Virus record (IMG/VR): IMGVR_UViG_3300020469_000055
Location: 1 to 57,266 of that record
Length of the DNA stretch: 57,266 nt
Reading direction: 5' to 3' (one strand)
From: a virus
Lineage: Duplodnaviria > Caudoviricetes
Shown: positions 56,398 through 57,266 of the stretch, one piece after another
Layout: each line of letters begins with the position of its first letter
Position numbering within the stretch: the first letter of the stretch is position 1
Notes under the pieces: generated by a model
What the model was told of the DNA's origin: nothing
The model's database searches: none
The model's input: the letters and a program-made list of their open reading frames with translations, nothing else
Position numbers and translations under genes: made by a program

Positions 56398-56546
56398 TAC
56401 TTTTTCCTTTTAGTTGCCGGTTTCTTATGTCCGTATCCTTTACCCTTAAGCTCAAGATGTTTCTTAAAAGTATTGGCCTTTACTCCCTTACCATCTTTAG
56501 AGTACATCATATGAGGAGTAAATTTTTCTTTTTTCTTTTTAACCAT
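56397..56546 (-). CDS. Lysine-rich peptide (49 aa)
   Basis: Manual translation MVKKKKEKFTPHMMYSKDGKGVKANTFKKHLELKGKGYGHKKPATKRKK; TAATG coupling. Confidence 0.8.
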   Translation of the reverse strand: MVKKKKEKFTPHMMYSKDGKGVKANTFKKHLELKGKGYGHKKPATKRKK

Positions 56547-56719
56547 TACTTCTTCCTTTTCTTTTTAGTAAACGCAGCGACTCCTCCAGCTTTGCGGCAT
56601 TGAACTGCATGGCCGCTAGCATAGGCAGAGGGCCATTTTTTATAACGACGCTTAGCAAGTTTTGCACAGTCATCCAAAGGCTTTTTCTTTTTGCCGCTTT
56701 TAGCCTTGCGGCGAGCCAT
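56546..56719 (-). CDS. Lysine-rich peptide (57 aa, WPSAYASG motif)
   Basis: Manual translation MARRKAKSGKKKKPLDDCAKLAKRRYKKWPSAYASGHAVQCRKAGGVAAFTKKKRKK. Confidence 0.8.
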   Translation of the reverse strand: MARRKAKSGKKKKPLDDCAKLAKRRYKKWPSAYASGHAVQCRKAGGVAAFTKKKRKK

Positions 56720-56841
56720 CAGTATCCACTCCGACGAGAAGCAGGCATTTTCTTATACGTAGACTTTGGCTTACTTGAAGTCTTAGTCTTTTTCTTTTTG
56801 GCCATCGGCTTCATAACCATTTTCTTTTTGTTCTTGTACAT
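56719..56841 (-). CDS. Lysine-rich peptide (40 aa)
   Basis: Manual translation MYKNKKKMVMKPMAKKKKTKTSSKPKSTYKKMPASRRSGY; AAGGA RBS and TGATG coupling. Confidence 0.7.
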   Translation of the reverse strand: MYKNKKKMVMKPMAKKKKTKTSSKPKSTYKKMPASRRSGY

Positions 56842-56950
56842 AACTATATATCCTTAGTAAAGTGTGGTTTATTTATTTTCTGTTTTAAAAGAATATCTTT
56901 TTCTTTTTTCTAGTTTAATAGAAGCTAATCTTAGTCTTGGTAGTTGATTT

Positions 56951-57187
56951 TCACGGGGTGGTTTCTTGCTTTGTTTCCTCAAGAATTGTAATCCTTGTAT
57001 CATGTTGATGCAGAGTATTTCGAATATCATGAATATGTTCACGAGCTTTCATTTGCTCTTTATCCATTACTTCAATTTTTTGCTGCATGGCTGGAATTGC
57101 CCAGACACGATATAAAACAGCTCCCACCATAGCGGCAACAATACCAATAGCTAAGAGAAGTAAATCAAACATTTGACTTTCGTTCAT
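56951..57187 (-). CDS. Membrane protein with one TM and a coiled coil (lysis-module candidate)
   Basis: LLLLAIGIVAAMVGAVLY...HDTRITILEE; GAGGT RBS. Confidence 0.7.
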   Translation of the reverse strand: MNESQMFDLLLLAIGIVAAMVGAVLYRVWAIPAMQQKIEVMDKEQMKAREHIHDIRNTLHQHDTRITILEETKQETTP

Positions 57188-57266
57188 TTTTATTTACCTC
57201 TCGCAATGGAAGAACCGCCAAGGTAAAAACCAACGGCGGCAAGAAGAGCAGCGCGAAGCTCAGGTA

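Noticed and set aside
57203-57266. Biological direct terminal repeat
   Set aside because: It falls inside a gene in the late region, which indicates an assembler circularisation overlap.
1-57266. Integrase, reverse transcriptase/DGR, introns, or a host assignment
   Set aside because: No supporting motifs were seen and the core genes are uninterrupted. The host cannot be inferred without searches.

Overview
The window is an apparently complete, circularly assembled genome of a T7-like podovirus (Autographiviridae-type), about 57.2 kb. Bases 1-64 repeat at 57203-57266. Essentially all genes lie on the minus strand. The inferred leading end is near 38.7-38.9 kb. Reading leftward from there: (1) a GC-rich, gene-poor leader that folds by eye into a ~700-800 nt multi-domain RNA; (2) a type II hammerhead-like ribozyme and an HNH gene; (3) many small acidic early genes, including an ArdA-like protein, an entericidin-like lipoprotein and an i-type lysozyme; (4) two tRNAs, ThyX, a pyrimidine-dimer glycosylase and a stand-alone IF3 C-terminal domain; (5) single-subunit RNA polymerase and the replication/nucleotide module (phosphoesterase, SSB, RusA, primase-helicase, Pol A, dNMP kinase, exonuclease, dUTPase, class II RNR); (6) portal, scaffold, capsid, tail tube A/B and tail fibre; (7) membrane/holin-like genes and five tiny lysine-rich proteins; (8) terminase, a sulfotransferase-like gene and three internal virion proteins, the last of 3489 aa. 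Three copies of a phage-RNAP promoter motif are visible. The best candidates for undescribed biology are the large leader ncRNA, the hammerhead and the biased motif composition of the leading end. All calls come from manual motif recognition and by-eye folding; no database search or folding program was run.
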